A stretch of DNA of 64,000 nucleotides from a bacterium (GTDB lineage Bacteria; Omnitrophota; Gorgyraeia; Zapsychrales; Zapsychraceae), in NCBI GenBank assembly GCA_030429765.1, contig JAUIER010000016.1:38017-102016 (forward strand), in the 5' to 3' direction. Of the stretch, positions 16,874 through 27,710 are shown piece after piece. The notes under the pieces were generated by a model. It made no database searches. It saw only the letters and a list, made by a program, of their open reading frames with translations, and had not been told where the DNA came from. Each line of letters opens with the position of its first letter. Position 1 is the stretch's first letter. Both the position numbers and the translations under genes were made by a program.

Positions 16874-17516
16874 GTCGCTGAACTGGGGGCGATTCTTGGC
16901 GGTCATGTTTTTAAGCTTCCTGATGGCCGGTTGTCAGTCCTCAAGCTATGCTTCACCTGTCATTGTCTTTCTTGGGGACAGTCTAATCGCACGCAATGAT
17001 TGGACTAGCTTTCTCAATCGTTCCAATGTACACAATTCTGGAGTTGGCGGCAATACGGTGCGAGATGTCATCAATCGGCTCGATGCGGTCTATGAACTCA
17101 AGCCGGATGTGGTGGTTCTTATGGTGGGCATCAACAACAAGCCCAATCCACAGAATATTCCCCAAATTATCGATGATTACCGACAGCTTTTGATCCGATT
17201 GCGATCCTTTCATCCGGAATTGAATCTCTATGTTCATAGTGTCCTGCCTGTCAACTTTTCGATTTATGGGACGTCGCCGTCACATGTTCGGATCGACAAT
17301 AGAGATGTACAAATGCTCAACCGAAAGCTGCGTGCACTCGTGGCCGAATTTAAGGGGCATTTTATCGATCTTCATTCCTATTTTCTTGAAGATGGAGAGC
17401 TCAGCCCACAATACACGCAGGATGGCATTCATTTAAATCGGGCAGGATATGTCCTGTGGCGGTCACACCTCCCTAAACATTTTTTTGATACCACGCAAAC
17501 TGATTCCATTCGATGA
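16857..17516 (+). CDS. SGNH/GDSL hydrolase lipoprotein
   Basis: FLGDSL, NSGVGG, GINN and DGIHLN blocks. Lipobox MAGC. Confidence 0.88.
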   Translation: MIWEFRSLNWGRFLAVMFLSFLMAGCQSSSYASPVIVFLGDSLIARNDWTSFLNRSNVHNSGVGGNTVRDVINRLDAVYELKPDVVVLMVGINNKPNPQNIPQIIDDYRQLLIRLRSFHPELNLYVHSVLPVNFSIYGTSPSHVRIDNRDVQMLNRKLRALVAEFKGHFIDLHSYFLEDGELSPQYTQDGIHLNRAGYVLWRSHLPKHFFDTTQTDSIR

Positions 17517-18028
17517 ATCCTGAGGAACTTATACGACAATTGAATCTCAAGGCCCATCCGGTTGAAGGTGGTTTCTTCCGGGAGACATACCGAAGTGAAG
17601 ACTGTATCGCGGCCGGCACCATCGCTGATCTTGACGAAGAGCGGAACTGCAGCACCGCCATATATTATCTGCTGACACCGGATACATTTTCTGAACTTCA
17701 TCGGTTAACCAGCGATGAGGTCTTTCATTTTTACGGTGGTGACGCCGTGGAGATGCTGCACTTGAGTCCAAATGGTACCAGTCAGGTGTTTCGACTTGGC
17801 GCTCATATTCTGGACGGAGAATTGTGTCAGCTTGTCGTGCCCAAAAATACGTGGCAGGGGTGTCGATTGGTCGACGGAGGGCGGTATGCCTTGTTGGGGT
17901 GTACGGTGTCACCGGGCTTTGATTTTAAGGACTATGAATCCGGATCAAGATCGGAGTTGCTCATGAAATATCCGGAACAAAAAGATCGAATTTTGAAGTT
18001 AACACATAAAAGAGGGGCCGATGTTTAA
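17513..18028 (+). CDS. Cupin (DUF985/cupin_5) protein
   Basis: [43 protein letters not shown]. Confidence 0.9.
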   Translation: MNPEELIRQLNLKAHPVEGGFFRETYRSEDCIAAGTIADLDEERNCSTAIYYLLTPDTFSELHRLTSDEVFHFYGGDAVEMLHLSPNGTSQVFRLGAHILDGELCQLVVPKNTWQGCRLVDGGRYALLGCTVSPGFDFKDYESGSRSELLMKYPEQKDRILKLTHKRGADV

Positions 18029-18779
18029 AATAATTTCTTGGAATGTCAACGGGATTAAGTCAGCTGTCAGTAAGGGATTTTGTGATTTTGTGGAACAGGC
18101 TCAGCCGGATGTGGTCTGTCTGCAGGAAACCAAATCGCCTAAAGTTAAACCCGATATCAATATCCCGGGGTATGATATTGACTGGAATTATGCCCAGAAG
18201 CTGGGTTATTCCGGAACAGCTATTCTCAGCCGGCGAAAACCCCTTGCGGTCAGCTCTGATATCGGGATCGAGAAACATGATCAGGAAGGACGTGTCATGA
18301 CCGCTGAGTATAACAATTTTTACCTCGTCAATGTGTATGTTCCCAATTCCAAACGTAAGTTGGAACGGCTGGATTATCGGGTTAAGGAATGGGACGTTGA
18401 TTTTCTCAAATATCTCAAGAAACTTGAGAAGAGCAAGCCGGTCATATTTTGCGGTGATTTGAATGTGGCGCATACAGAAATTGACTTGGCCAATCCCAAG
18501 GGCAATGTCAAGAATCACGGCTTTACACCGGAAGAGCGGGCCGGATTTGATGAGATCATTCGGAAAGGATTTGTCGATACGTTCAGGTTATTCACTCCGG
18601 ATCCGGACCATTATACCTGGTGGAGCCCCATGAACAACTGCCGGGGGCGGAATATCGGCTGGCGCATCGATTATTTCTGTGCGTCTAAAGCGCTGGTCCC
18701 GCAGATCAAGAGTTCCCGAATTCTACCGGATGTCATGGGTTCGGATCATTGTCCGATTGAGCTGGTTCTTAAGGGCTGA
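18021..18779 (+). CDS. xth: Exodeoxyribonuclease III (AP endonuclease)
   Basis: [36 protein letters not shown]. Confidence 0.95.
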   Translation: MFKIISWNVNGIKSAVSKGFCDFVEQAQPDVVCLQETKSPKVKPDINIPGYDIDWNYAQKLGYSGTAILSRRKPLAVSSDIGIEKHDQEGRVMTAEYNNFYLVNVYVPNSKRKLERLDYRVKEWDVDFLKYLKKLEKSKPVIFCGDLNVAHTEIDLANPKGNVKNHGFTPEERAGFDEIIRKGFVDTFRLFTPDPDHYTWWSPMNNCRGRNIGWRIDYFCASKALVPQIKSSRILPDVMGSDHCPIELVLKG

Positions 18780-18878
18780 ATTTGACGTAAATGGCTGTAT
18801 AGACAATATTTGTAAAAAGTTACGTAACTATGATATACTTAAAGATATTCCGACAATTCATCTTGGTAAGGTCACCTT

Positions 18879-19529
18879 ATGAACGAGCCCAATACGCCTG
18901 CAAATTCACACCTGTCTGCCGATCGCCGCGGTGATTCGGCGCCACCAGACAAATTGTTGTTATTCAACAACCCAATATTGAATCGAATTATTGTATTAGT
19001 TTTGTTAGCTTGTCTCTCAATCACTTGTCCTGTGTCCGGGGTTTATGCGGACGATTCAACGGAGGCGAACGGTGAGAATCCATTCGGACTGGAGATGTGT
19101 CATGATAAAAAATTGCGGGTTGCTTTTTTATGTGATCCGGACTGGGACTATCAGCTGGTTGAAGACGGCTTGCTGGTCATTATGTCCCGTGATCCGATCG
19201 TCACGATTACGTTTGCGCGTATCGATTCAGAGATTACGCATCTGCCGAAATTGAATAAGTCGGTGCTGTCCAAGAAAAATTTATATGAAAAAGGATTCCG
19301 GCGGGATTTGATGCAAATCAATGGCCGGGATGTCATTATTGTCCGGGCGTTTGCCAAAAAGGACGCGTCTCGTCGGGTGCTGGATCATTTTTTTATGCGC
19401 GACGAAAAATTGTTTGGTGTGTTGTTTTCGGTAACCCCCAAAGACAAATGGGACGAGTTTAAATTCAAGATTAAAGCCGTAGCCGACAGTATTTCATTTC
19501 CCGAGGATACGGCGGATAGTGACTTATAG
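18879..19529 (+). CDS. Hypothetical exported protein, possibly PsbP/DcrB-like fold
   Basis: Hydrophobic signal-like segment ending VYA, then an alpha/beta domain ending ...ADSISF. Start uncertain. Confidence 0.55.
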   Translation: MNEPNTPANSHLSADRRGDSAPPDKLLLFNNPILNRIIVLVLLACLSITCPVSGVYADDSTEANGENPFGLEMCHDKKLRVAFLCDPDWDYQLVEDGLLVIMSRDPIVTITFARIDSEITHLPKLNKSVLSKKNLYEKGFRRDLMQINGRDVIIVRAFAKKDASRRVLDHFFMRDEKLFGVLFSVTPKDKWDEFKFKIKAVADSISFPEDTADSDL

Positions 19530-20156
19530 GTTGGCGCACACGTCAAGGAGATCCTGGGGGGAATGAATCAGGTAGTCCGGATTATGTCGGGCCAGCGCGT
19601 CTTTGGAATTGAATCCCCAGCCGACAGCGATCATCGCGATCCCGGTTTTCTGCGCGGCCAGGATATCCCGAATTTCATCGCCGACATAAAACACATCTGA
19701 TAAATCGCGCTGTTTTTGCCGGATGAGGCGTTTGAGGCTTTGGCTTTTTCCAAAGACTTTGGACGTTGAGCTGATAAAGTCAAAGACATCCAGGTTGTGG
19801 TGCCGCAGAAATTCACTGACATTCTTGGCCGAGTTTGTGGTGATGATGCCCAATTCATAGCCGGCCTCGCGAAGCTCCTGCAGGGTTTCCGGTAAATGTT
19901 TGATGGGCTGGACCTGTTTGATTTCTTTGTGAAGTTCCTGCCTAGCCCGCAGCAGGATGCTGGGGACTTTGAGGACCGGGACCTTGAGATATTTGATTGT
20001 CTCTTCAACCGAGTTGTTTTTGAGGGGTTCGATGTCCTGCGGACGTATGGGGTTGAACTTGAATTCATCCGCTAACCGATTGCCAATATTGACAATATGA
20101 AGGAACGTGTCCGCAATGGTTCCGTCAAAATCAAAGAGAAGTAGCTGTTTTTTCAT
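19524..20156 (-). CDS. HAD-family hydrolase (phosphoglycolate phosphatase-like)
   Basis: FDFDGT, ITTN, YVGDEIRDI, VGWGFN. Confidence 0.9.
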   Translation of the reverse strand: MKKQLLLFDFDGTIADTFLHIVNIGNRLADEFKFNPIRPQDIEPLKNNSVEETIKYLKVPVLKVPSILLRARQELHKEIKQVQPIKHLPETLQELREAGYELGIITTNSAKNVSEFLRHHNLDVFDFISSTSKVFGKSQSLKRLIRQKQRDLSDVFYVGDEIRDILAAQKTGIAMIAVGWGFNSKDALARHNPDYLIHSPQDLLDVCANL

Positions 20157-20281
20157 GAGATTACCGTCCGTCAGAATGCCCCAAGTATACAGGAAGCGGC
20201 CGGAATGTTCAAGCCCGGGGTTGCTTATTTCAAAACGTAATATTTTCATCCGGCGGATTATGTGGTATATTAGTTAAAAGC

Positions 20282-21775
20282 ATGAAGATCGATCATATTA
20301 AAGAACTACTAGAGTACGCGATAGAGCAAGAAGCCTCAGATGTCCATTTGGTCGTTGGAAGTCCTCCTGTAATCCGTGTCCATGGTGATATGACCGCAGT
20401 CGATGCGGATGTCCTGACCGATGAATCCATTCAAAAGCTGATCTATGACCTGCTCAACGAGGAGCAGAAGCGTAAATTGCACGAGAATCGTGAGCTGGAC
20501 AGTTCCTATGCCTACCGCGAAGACTACCAGTTTCGGGTCAATGCCCATTTTGAAAAAGGGCATATGGGATCCACCATTCGAATTACCCCATTGAACATCG
20601 ATACGATTCTGAGATTCGGACTTCCACCCGAGCTCAAAGACATTGCGCATCGGCACAAGGGTTTGTTTGTCGTTTCCGGAACTTCAGGAAGCGGGAAGAG
20701 TACCACGTTGACGTATATCGTCAATATGATCAACAACATGCGCAAGGCCAAGATCATCACGGTCGAGGATCCGATCGAGTACACCCATAAATCCAAACAA
20801 AGTCTTATCATTCAACGCGAAGTTTCGGTTGATACACCTTCATTCGCCAGTGCGTTAAAGTATTCATTGCGACAAGACCCGGACGTTATCGTTATCGGGG
20901 AAATCCGTGATTACGAGGCGATTTCTATGGCGTTGACCGCCGCGGAAACAGGTCACTTGGTATTAACGACCGTTCACGCGCCGGATGCGGTCGAAACCCT
21001 CAACCGTATCATCGACGTATACCCATCGGGATACCGAGAACAAATTTGTGCTCAGCTGGGGGGTAACTTAATCGGTGTTTGCTCGCAGACGCTTATTCCG
21101 AAAAAGGATTCGTCGGAACGGATCATGGCCACCGAATTGTTGCTATCAACGATCTCCATACGTAACCTGATCCGCCGCGGGGCGTTTACGGAATTGCGGG
21201 GTCAATTAGACTCTGAAGAAGATTCGCCGACGCACACCTTTGAGCGCTGTTTGTCTCGGCTCGTGTTAGATGGGAAGATTACCCGTGAAACTGCCGAATC
21301 GCACGCGCGATATCCTAATCTGTTGCAATTAGGTAATGAGCAGACATTTAAATTTAACACCTCGGCCAAGAAGGAAGGCAAGCGTTTGACGGCCGATGGG
21401 CGCGAAATCGATATGAATATCGACAAGGTATTTATTGTTGATCGAAGTGAAAAAGACAAGATCGAGATGGGCAAAGTTTTTAAAGATATCGGCTATATTA
21501 ACATTACCTATATTGCCAAGGGGGCTGATGCTTACGATAAAATTCTAGTGGAAAACCCTGTTATTGTCGTATTGGACACATTTTTTCCTGATGTGGACAG
21601 CTTTAATCTTTGCAAGATGATCAAGGACAATCCTGATCTGAATACGAAGGTCATTATGGTGACCGGAAACTTGCAGCCAACGGATCTGGAAGATGCAAAA
21701 TCTGCTGGTGCGGATGATTTTGTGGTTAAAACGTATCAGTATGATCTGTTAAGGAAAACGTTAGAACAACTGTAG
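20282..21775 (+). CDS. pilT: PilT-type retraction ATPase fused to a C-terminal receiver (REC) domain
   Basis: ASDVHL, Walker A GTSGSGKST, EDPIE, DPDVIVIGEIRD, TGHLVLTTVH, SIRNLIR. REC motifs VVLD, VIMVTG, GADDFVVK. Confidence 0.88.
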   Translation: MKIDHIKELLEYAIEQEASDVHLVVGSPPVIRVHGDMTAVDADVLTDESIQKLIYDLLNEEQKRKLHENRELDSSYAYREDYQFRVNAHFEKGHMGSTIRITPLNIDTILRFGLPPELKDIAHRHKGLFVVSGTSGSGKSTTLTYIVNMINNMRKAKIITVEDPIEYTHKSKQSLIIQREVSVDTPSFASALKYSLRQDPDVIVIGEIRDYEAISMALTAAETGHLVLTTVHAPDAVETLNRIIDVYPSGYREQICAQLGGNLIGVCSQTLIPKKDSSERIMATELLLSTISIRNLIRRGAFTELRGQLDSEEDSPTHTFERCLSRLVLDGKITRETAESHARYPNLLQLGNEQTFKFNTSAKKEGKRLTADGREIDMNIDKVFIVDRSEKDKIEMGKVFKDIGYINITYIAKGADAYDKILVENPVIVVLDTFFPDVDSFNLCKMIKDNPDLNTKVIMVTGNLQPTDLEDAKSAGADDFVVKTYQYDLLRKTLEQL

Positions 21776-21787
21776 AAGGAGCGTAAG

Positions 21788-21994
21788 ATGGTAAAAGGAA
21801 AAGTAAAATGGTTCAGCAATCAAAAAGGTTACGGATTTATTACACCTGAGTCGGGAAAGGATGTATTTGTGCATTTTTCCGCCATTCAGGGTGACGGTTA
21901 TAAAATGCTCGAGGAGGGTCAGGACGTCGAATTCGAAATTATTGAGGGACCAAAAGGCGAGCAGGCGGCGAATGTCGTGAAGGCTGAGGCCTAG
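21788..21994 (+). CDS. Cold-shock protein (CSD)
   Basis: [22 protein letters not shown]. Confidence 0.95.
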   Translation: MVKGKVKWFSNQKGYGFITPESGKDVFVHFSAIQGDGYKMLEEGQDVEFEIIEGPKGEQAANVVKAEA

Positions 21995-22842
21995 TCATTA
22001 ATTGACAGTTCTACCCAAACGGGAATATGATCGCTGGCTGATCGGTCAATGATTTTGCCGGCATTTACAGTTTCAAAATTTTTCGTAAAGATATGGTCCA
22101 AAGCGAACTTTCGGTTGGCCGTGTACCAGTATCGGTACGTCCAACCGAGTTCCTTTGTGGCCAGTTCAAATCCGTTTTCCTCCATCGGGGTGAGAACGGC
22201 GTAGTAGCCTACCTGTGTAAACGTATTAAAATCTCCCGCCACAATGCAATGCTCCACATTATCCGGAACGGAATTTAAGATTCGCTTCATTTGAAAACTG
22301 CGCACAAAAGGCTTTAACGAGATGTGCATATGGATGGAAAAGACCAGGACATTGTGTCCGTTCACGTCAAGCAGTGCGCTGGCCGCAATTCGCTGAAGTT
22401 TTTTATCATCTGCCTCGTCATCCGGCAGGATAATTTTATCGTCCCGTAAAATGGGCCATTTGGAGAGAATCGCATTGCCGAAGTTTTGTTGAGGGATGGG
22501 GTGGAAAACAGCGGGATAGTAGACATAATTGTAACCCAGGCGGCGGGCGATCTGCTCAACGCCGCGTTCATCCATCTCCTGCAGCAGTAAAATGTCCGCC
22601 CCAGCCAGTTCTGGATGCGAACTCAGAATGTCAACGGCCTCATCGATTTTCTTGGCAAAACGGATATTGTAGGTCACCGCCCGGATGGTGGTATTTTGGC
22701 TGGCTGTGGCCTCACTGATTTCAAAATTTGCATAGCGTGGTTCTATCGTTTGTGTATAATTAATACCGTACTTGGCGAGGCTACATCCGCTTGCGGTCAG
22801 CGCAGAAATCAGAATTGTTCCCAGCGTCAGAAATCTTTTCAT
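21991..22842 (-). CDS. Endonuclease/exonuclease/phosphatase family lipoprotein
   Basis: Lipobox ASGC. Motifs [33 protein letters not shown]. Confidence 0.88.
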   Translation of the reverse strand: MKRFLTLGTILISALTASGCSLAKYGINYTQTIEPRYANFEISEATASQNTTIRAVTYNIRFAKKIDEAVDILSSHPELAGADILLLQEMDERGVEQIARRLGYNYVYYPAVFHPIPQQNFGNAILSKWPILRDDKIILPDDEADDKKLQRIAASALLDVNGHNVLVFSIHMHISLKPFVRSFQMKRILNSVPDNVEHCIVAGDFNTFTQVGYYAVLTPMEENGFELATKELGWTYRYWYTANRKFALDHIFTKNFETVNAGKIIDRSASDHIPVWVELSIND

Positions 22843-22960
22843 TTGAAATCTCTTAATCAACATTTAAGTTTGACTATAACCAGAGCGAACAGGGCTGTCA
22901 ACGCATTTACCTTGAAAATCCTGTCGTAACTGGCTAATGCAACACAACAGAAAGGCAGAC

Positions 22961-23743
22961 ATGAAATTAACCAAGGACCTTGTTGTTTTGGACCTGGAAA
23001 CGACCGGAACGTGGGTCGACAAAGACCGTATCATCGAGATCGCACTGATCAAGATGAAACCGGACGGCACCCGTGAAGATATGGTCATGAAAATCAATCC
23101 CGGCATGCCGATACCTCCCGTGGTGACAGAATTAACCGGGATCAGCAATGGGGATGTTCAGAACGCGCCGCAATTCAAGACCGTCGCCCAGGAAATCCAG
23201 GCGTTTATCGGGGATGCCGATCTCGGCGGATTCAATATCGACCGTTTTGATCTGCCGCTCTTGAAACGTGAATTTAACGAGGCCGGTGTGGAATTCAGCG
23301 TCGCGAACCGTAATGTCTACGACGCGCAAAAGGTCTATCATATCAATGAGAAAAGGGACCTCTCGGCGGCGTATCAATTTTTTTGTCAGAAGGAGCTGGT
23401 CAACGCACATTCGGCGATGGCCGATACCGAGGCGACCTTGGAGATTCTCGCCCAGCAGATGGTCAAATATGGCGATGAGTCACCGGAATCCCTATTGCAG
23501 TATACCTATCAAACGTCGAACGAATTTTATGACAAAGAACGGAAGTTTCGCTGGTGGAACGGTAAGCTGTACATGATGTTCGGTAAGTACGCACGGCGTC
23601 ACAGTCTTGATGAGGTGGTCAAAAAAGACCGGGGTTATCTAGAGTGGATTCTATCGGCCAATTTCAGTCAGGATATCAAACTGCTCGTGGAAAATGCCTT
23701 AAACGGACAGATGCCGGTCTACGGACAAAAAATTGACTCATAG
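22961..23743 (+). CDS. DEDDh 3'-5' exonuclease (DnaQ-like)
   Basis: DLETTG, FNIDRFD, HSAMAD, FGKY. Confidence 0.88.
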   Translation: MKLTKDLVVLDLETTGTWVDKDRIIEIALIKMKPDGTREDMVMKINPGMPIPPVVTELTGISNGDVQNAPQFKTVAQEIQAFIGDADLGGFNIDRFDLPLLKREFNEAGVEFSVANRNVYDAQKVYHINEKRDLSAAYQFFCQKELVNAHSAMADTEATLEILAQQMVKYGDESPESLLQYTYQTSNEFYDKERKFRWWNGKLYMMFGKYARRHSLDEVVKKDRGYLEWILSANFSQDIKLLVENALNGQMPVYGQKIDS

Positions 23744-23754
23744 GAGGCTGTTTT

Positions 23755-24141
23755 ATGGCGACATTGTTCACAAAAATTATCAACGGCGAAATTCCCTGTC
23801 ATAAAATTCTGGAAGATGACAATTACTTGGCATTTCTGGATATTCGGCCGATCAATCCAGGCCATACATTGGTGATCCCGAAGATAGAGATGGATTACAT
23901 ATTTGATCTCAATGATGATGTGCTGTCCGGCGCGTTTGTCTTTGCCAAGAAGGTCGCGGGGATGATCCGTCCAGTGGTGTCCTGCCAGCGCATCGGCATT
24001 ATGGTGGCGGGATTGGAAGTGCCGCACGCGCATATCCACCTGGTTCCTATACATCAGGTGTCGGATTTGAATTTCGCCAAGGCCAAAGACACGCCGGCGG
24101 ATGAGTTGGCGGCAATGGCGGCCAAGATTACCGGAGCCTAG
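23755..24141 (+). CDS. HIT family nucleotide hydrolase
   Basis: Histidine triad HAHIHLVP, also GHTLVIPK. Confidence 0.93.
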   Translation: MATLFTKIINGEIPCHKILEDDNYLAFLDIRPINPGHTLVIPKIEMDYIFDLNDDVLSGAFVFAKKVAGMIRPVVSCQRIGIMVAGLEVPHAHIHLVPIHQVSDLNFAKAKDTPADELAAMAAKITGA

Positions 24142-24143
24142 CG

Positions 24144-24620
24144 GTGTTTGAATGGCAGGATGATCTCGATCGGGTCTTTAAACATACCAGTCTGATTGGC
24201 TACGGGACATCCATGAGTGTGATCTTTTACGGCTTGATAGGATTCTTTGTCTTGAAGTATTCATCTCGGCCTGAGCCGTTTATATCGCCTGATAGTTTTG
24301 TTAAATCGATATGTGTCGGCATAGCCCTGGGATTTGCCGGCTTGGCCTGGTTTATCCGTGCTAAAATTCGGCAGGATCTGGAAGTTGGGATGATGTCGGT
24401 TGACGCGGCCTTGCGGCGGCTGCAAACCAGCACATTGGTGACCTATGGCCTTTGCGAAGGCATAGGTCTCGTCGGATTGATCGTGGCGTATTTAACTCAG
24501 TCGATTCAGGATTACTACCCATACGCATTTGCCGCGCTATTGGCCTTTAGTCTTTTCTTTCCACGATACAATGATTGGGAGCGAGTGATTCAGCGGCAAC
24601 AATCACGGGCGATCACCTAA
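24144..24620 (+). CDS. Hypothetical membrane protein (~4 TM)
   Basis: Four hydrophobic segments, ending FFPRY. Confidence 0.65.
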   Translation: MFEWQDDLDRVFKHTSLIGYGTSMSVIFYGLIGFFVLKYSSRPEPFISPDSFVKSICVGIALGFAGLAWFIRAKIRQDLEVGMMSVDAALRRLQTSTLVTYGLCEGIGLVGLIVAYLTQSIQDYYPYAFAALLAFSLFFPRYNDWERVIQRQQSRAIT

Positions 24621-24665
24621 GTTTGAAAACGATCAGACTGATCACAACCATTAAAGGAGTAAAAC

Positions 24666-25094
24666 ATGTCGAAGCTTACGTCTAACAAACCGTCTGACTG
24701 GACCGATGATCAAAATGCGGTATGGAAATCTCTGGAGGACCACTGGGACCATTTGATCAGCAAAAGGGTTGATGAATTTATTGAGTACATTCATCCGGAT
24801 ATGGTGGGGTATGGACATGAAAGTCCGTTGCCCGTTGATCGGCCATGGTTGCACAAGTGGGTCGGGTTCTGGACCAAGACAACCGATATTGCGATTTGTG
24901 AGTTGAAACCGGTTGACATTCGCGTGCACGGTGACATTGCCGTTTTGCAGTATCTAATTTTTACCATTGAAAAAAACGAGACCGGCGGCAAGCATGTGAT
25001 CCGTCGGTACACGATGACATGGCAGCGTGGCCCAAAACACTGGGTGGTTATCGCGAGTCACAATAATTTGATGAACGAGACGCTCCGGGGATAG
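24666..25094 (+). CDS. NTF2/SnoaL-like (DUF4440) protein
   Basis: VHGDIAV...RYTMTW...WVVIASH pattern. RBS aaggag. Confidence 0.8.
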   Translation: MSKLTSNKPSDWTDDQNAVWKSLEDHWDHLISKRVDEFIEYIHPDMVGYGHESPLPVDRPWLHKWVGFWTKTTDIAICELKPVDIRVHGDIAVLQYLIFTIEKNETGGKHVIRRYTMTWQRGPKHWVVIASHNNLMNETLRG

Positions 25095-25188
25095 GGACAA
25101 ATACGGGCGAAATATCTCACTGGGTATGTCCTAGTGAGTCCATGTATGTCATATTGACAGAAATTCAGACGGGTGGCACAATACCGTC

Positions 25189-26841
25189 ATGCTTAACAAC
25201 ATGTTCACACCTACGTACACCAGAGTCGTGCTTACCACATTGCTCGCGGGACTGATAGCTGCACCCGCCATGGCCGAAAATTCCAGAGAACGAAGAATTC
25301 GTGAAATGGGATTCATTCCGATCACTGAGGTCTCGGCTGAAGACATTCCCGCCGAAAAAATCGAGTATGTGCCGGTTCCAAAGGTGATGGACATTCCGCA
25401 AAGCAGTCCGGCCCGAATCCGATCTACGTCAAACGATCGACTGGCTGCCAGATCCGAGGCGGATGTGTCGATCGAGGTCGCGCCGATCTATGTTTCTCCT
25501 AATAAGAACTCAGCCGGTGATCCGGTATCTGTGTCCACCGTTTCGCCGTCAGGTAACCTCGCGCCGATTATCGTTTCACCCAAGGGGTCGGAGATCGGAC
25601 AGGTTCAGTATGACGATCCATCGCTTAACCAACGGTTTAAGGCCGTGGCCACAGCCATTTGGGATACGGATGAACCGCGGACGCGAGCTGTTGATACAAG
25701 TAATCCGATTCACCGTCAGGAAGCACGGAATTATTACGGCTATGATGAACGCTCGGGGCAGCTCAAAGACGGCTTTCAGGGGGCGATGTTTGATGAGGAT
25801 CTTCACCATCAATACGCCGGTGGCGGTGTGGCGATGCCTGTGGGACAGGATGGCTACCACTATGACTATGAAAAGCCGATGCCAAATGAAGTTCTAGACG
25901 AATTTGAGCCCTATCCAACGATCGACTTAGACTATACCACGCGGGATAAGGGTTTGGGGCTTCCTTTATTCGATGCGCGGCTTCAGGTGACCGGAGGATA
26001 TCGTGTCGATGACCTGGACTGGAATATCGCGGCAGACCTAAGCGGTTCGGTTGAACCGAACATTCTCTCAGAGCTAACTTGGTCCGATCTTCAGATGTTT
26101 GAAGTCAAGGGGCGTGGTGAATTGGTGTTTTCGAATATCGCCGTGGTAGATTTCAAAGCCGGATATGCCTGGATCGTCGAAGGAGAAAACCAGGATTCAG
26201 ATTATTTCGGCAATAACCGTACACAAGAATTCTCGAGATCCTTATCGGATACGGATGATGGTGATGCTTGGGATTTGTCTCTTGGTGGAGGCGTGAGAAT
26301 CGCAATTAATCAGCCGCACGAGCTCTTCATGGTTGACCGTCTGTGGTTGACCTTGTTGGCGGGATACTCACAACACTCACTTGATGTTCAGGATAAGAAT
26401 TTGAATCAAATAATTCCGGATCTCGGAAATTTTGTAGATGGGCTTGATAGTCGTTACAATGCTGATTGGGAAGGTCCATGGCTAGGGATTCAGCTGGACG
26501 GGGCCAATCGAAATGATAAACTGTATGGCTATTTCAGAATTGAATACCACTTTCCAGATTATGAAGGTGATGCAACCTGGAATCTACGTGAAGATTTCGC
26601 CCAACCTTTGAGTTTTGAACATTGGTCTGACGATGGTTGGGGTATTGTTTTTGACATGGGTGGAAATTATCAGATTAATGACATCTGGAATTTTGGTTTC
26701 AGTCTCACATTGCAAGATTGGCAAATGGATCCGGGGCTTGATAGAGTTTATTTCAGCAACGGTACATCGGCGGATACCCGCCTGAATCAGGTTAATTGGG
26801 ACTCGCTCTCTATAGGCTTTGGCCTCACCGCAAGATTTTAA
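25189..26841 (+). CDS. Outer-membrane beta-barrel protein (omptin-like / Protochlamydia OMP-like) with long N-terminal extension
   Basis: Signal peptide. Motifs LSELTW and NQDSDY, alternating beta-strands, C-terminal GLTARF BAM signal. Confidence 0.72.
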   Translation: MLNNMFTPTYTRVVLTTLLAGLIAAPAMAENSRERRIREMGFIPITEVSAEDIPAEKIEYVPVPKVMDIPQSSPARIRSTSNDRLAARSEADVSIEVAPIYVSPNKNSAGDPVSVSTVSPSGNLAPIIVSPKGSEIGQVQYDDPSLNQRFKAVATAIWDTDEPRTRAVDTSNPIHRQEARNYYGYDERSGQLKDGFQGAMFDEDLHHQYAGGGVAMPVGQDGYHYDYEKPMPNEVLDEFEPYPTIDLDYTTRDKGLGLPLFDARLQVTGGYRVDDLDWNIAADLSGSVEPNILSELTWSDLQMFEVKGRGELVFSNIAVVDFKAGYAWIVEGENQDSDYFGNNRTQEFSRSLSDTDDGDAWDLSLGGGVRIAINQPHELFMVDRLWLTLLAGYSQHSLDVQDKNLNQIIPDLGNFVDGLDSRYNADWEGPWLGIQLDGANRNDKLYGYFRIEYHFPDYEGDATWNLREDFAQPLSFEHWSDDGWGIVFDMGGNYQINDIWNFGFSLTLQDWQMDPGLDRVYFSNGTSADTRLNQVNWDSLSIGFGLTARF

Positions 26842-26968
26842 CCCGCCGCAACTATCCTTCCTCACAAAAAATACAAAAATTCATTGCACCAGTATCAACC
26901 CCTCCTATAATTAGATAGTATCTAGTATTGTGGCTCGTTCTTTTCAATAATACATTTGAGGTAAAATT

Positions 26969-27706
26969 CTGTCTGCGAAAGCCGCTGTTACCATAACGAC
27001 AATTTTAGTTTTCTCGGCACCGATGTGGTGTTGGTCTGAAGTCGACCTGCCAACGGAAGTTTTGTCTGAGGATGTCATATCAGCCGAGCAGACAAAAGAC
27101 ACGGCAGTCATGGATTTACTGGCACAAGACGACTCAGTTCTCACCAGCACAAAAGCAGTATTGCTGGTTGAGGGGACCGCGTCGCTTCGTCACGATCCAC
27201 GTGCCGATACAGATCTCGACGTGATGGAACAGGTTTTAGACGACGTCAACCATAGTTTGGGTCGAATCGAGCGGGACATTCAAGCGCAGCCAGAGTTCGC
27301 GATAGCACAAGAGATTGAATTGAACGGGGATTTGACGGACCAAGAGATCGAGTCGACGGGTTTAGGTCCGGCAATCAAGGCACAGGCTCACAAAGAAAAA
27401 GATCTTGCCGAAATTTCCCGATCATCCGTCTTGATCAGTGCAGATACGGAGCCGGAGAAATTCAGCGAGTTCGAAGTGACAGTGTCCGCCGAATCACAGT
27501 CCCAAGAGAGTCTTGTGTCCATTGAACCGTCACCGGGATCGCGACTTATTTCATCGGGATCCAGTTTACGGTCAGATCCCAAGGTGGACCAGGCTGCGGA
27601 TTTTAGTCAGAAAATGGAAATACTGCAGTTGATATCAAATCAAAATCCACAGAATTTGCAGGATAATTTACTCAAAGACGATATGCCGGAAAAAACGGGA
27701 GAATAA
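26969..27706 (+). CDS. Hypothetical acidic exported protein, possible CTG start
   Basis: The ORF from 27023 extends in frame to CTG 26969 behind GAGGT, giving a signal peptide. Asp/Glu/Ser-rich. Confidence 0.5.
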   Translation: MSAKAAVTITTILVFSAPMWCWSEVDLPTEVLSEDVISAEQTKDTAVMDLLAQDDSVLTSTKAVLLVEGTASLRHDPRADTDLDVMEQVLDDVNHSLGRIERDIQAQPEFAIAQEIELNGDLTDQEIESTGLGPAIKAQAHKEKDLAEISRSSVLISADTEPEKFSEFEVTVSAESQSQESLVSIEPSPGSRLISSGSSLRSDPKVDQAADFSQKMEILQLISNQNPQNLQDNLLKDDMPEKTGE

Positions 27707-27710
27707 TCGA

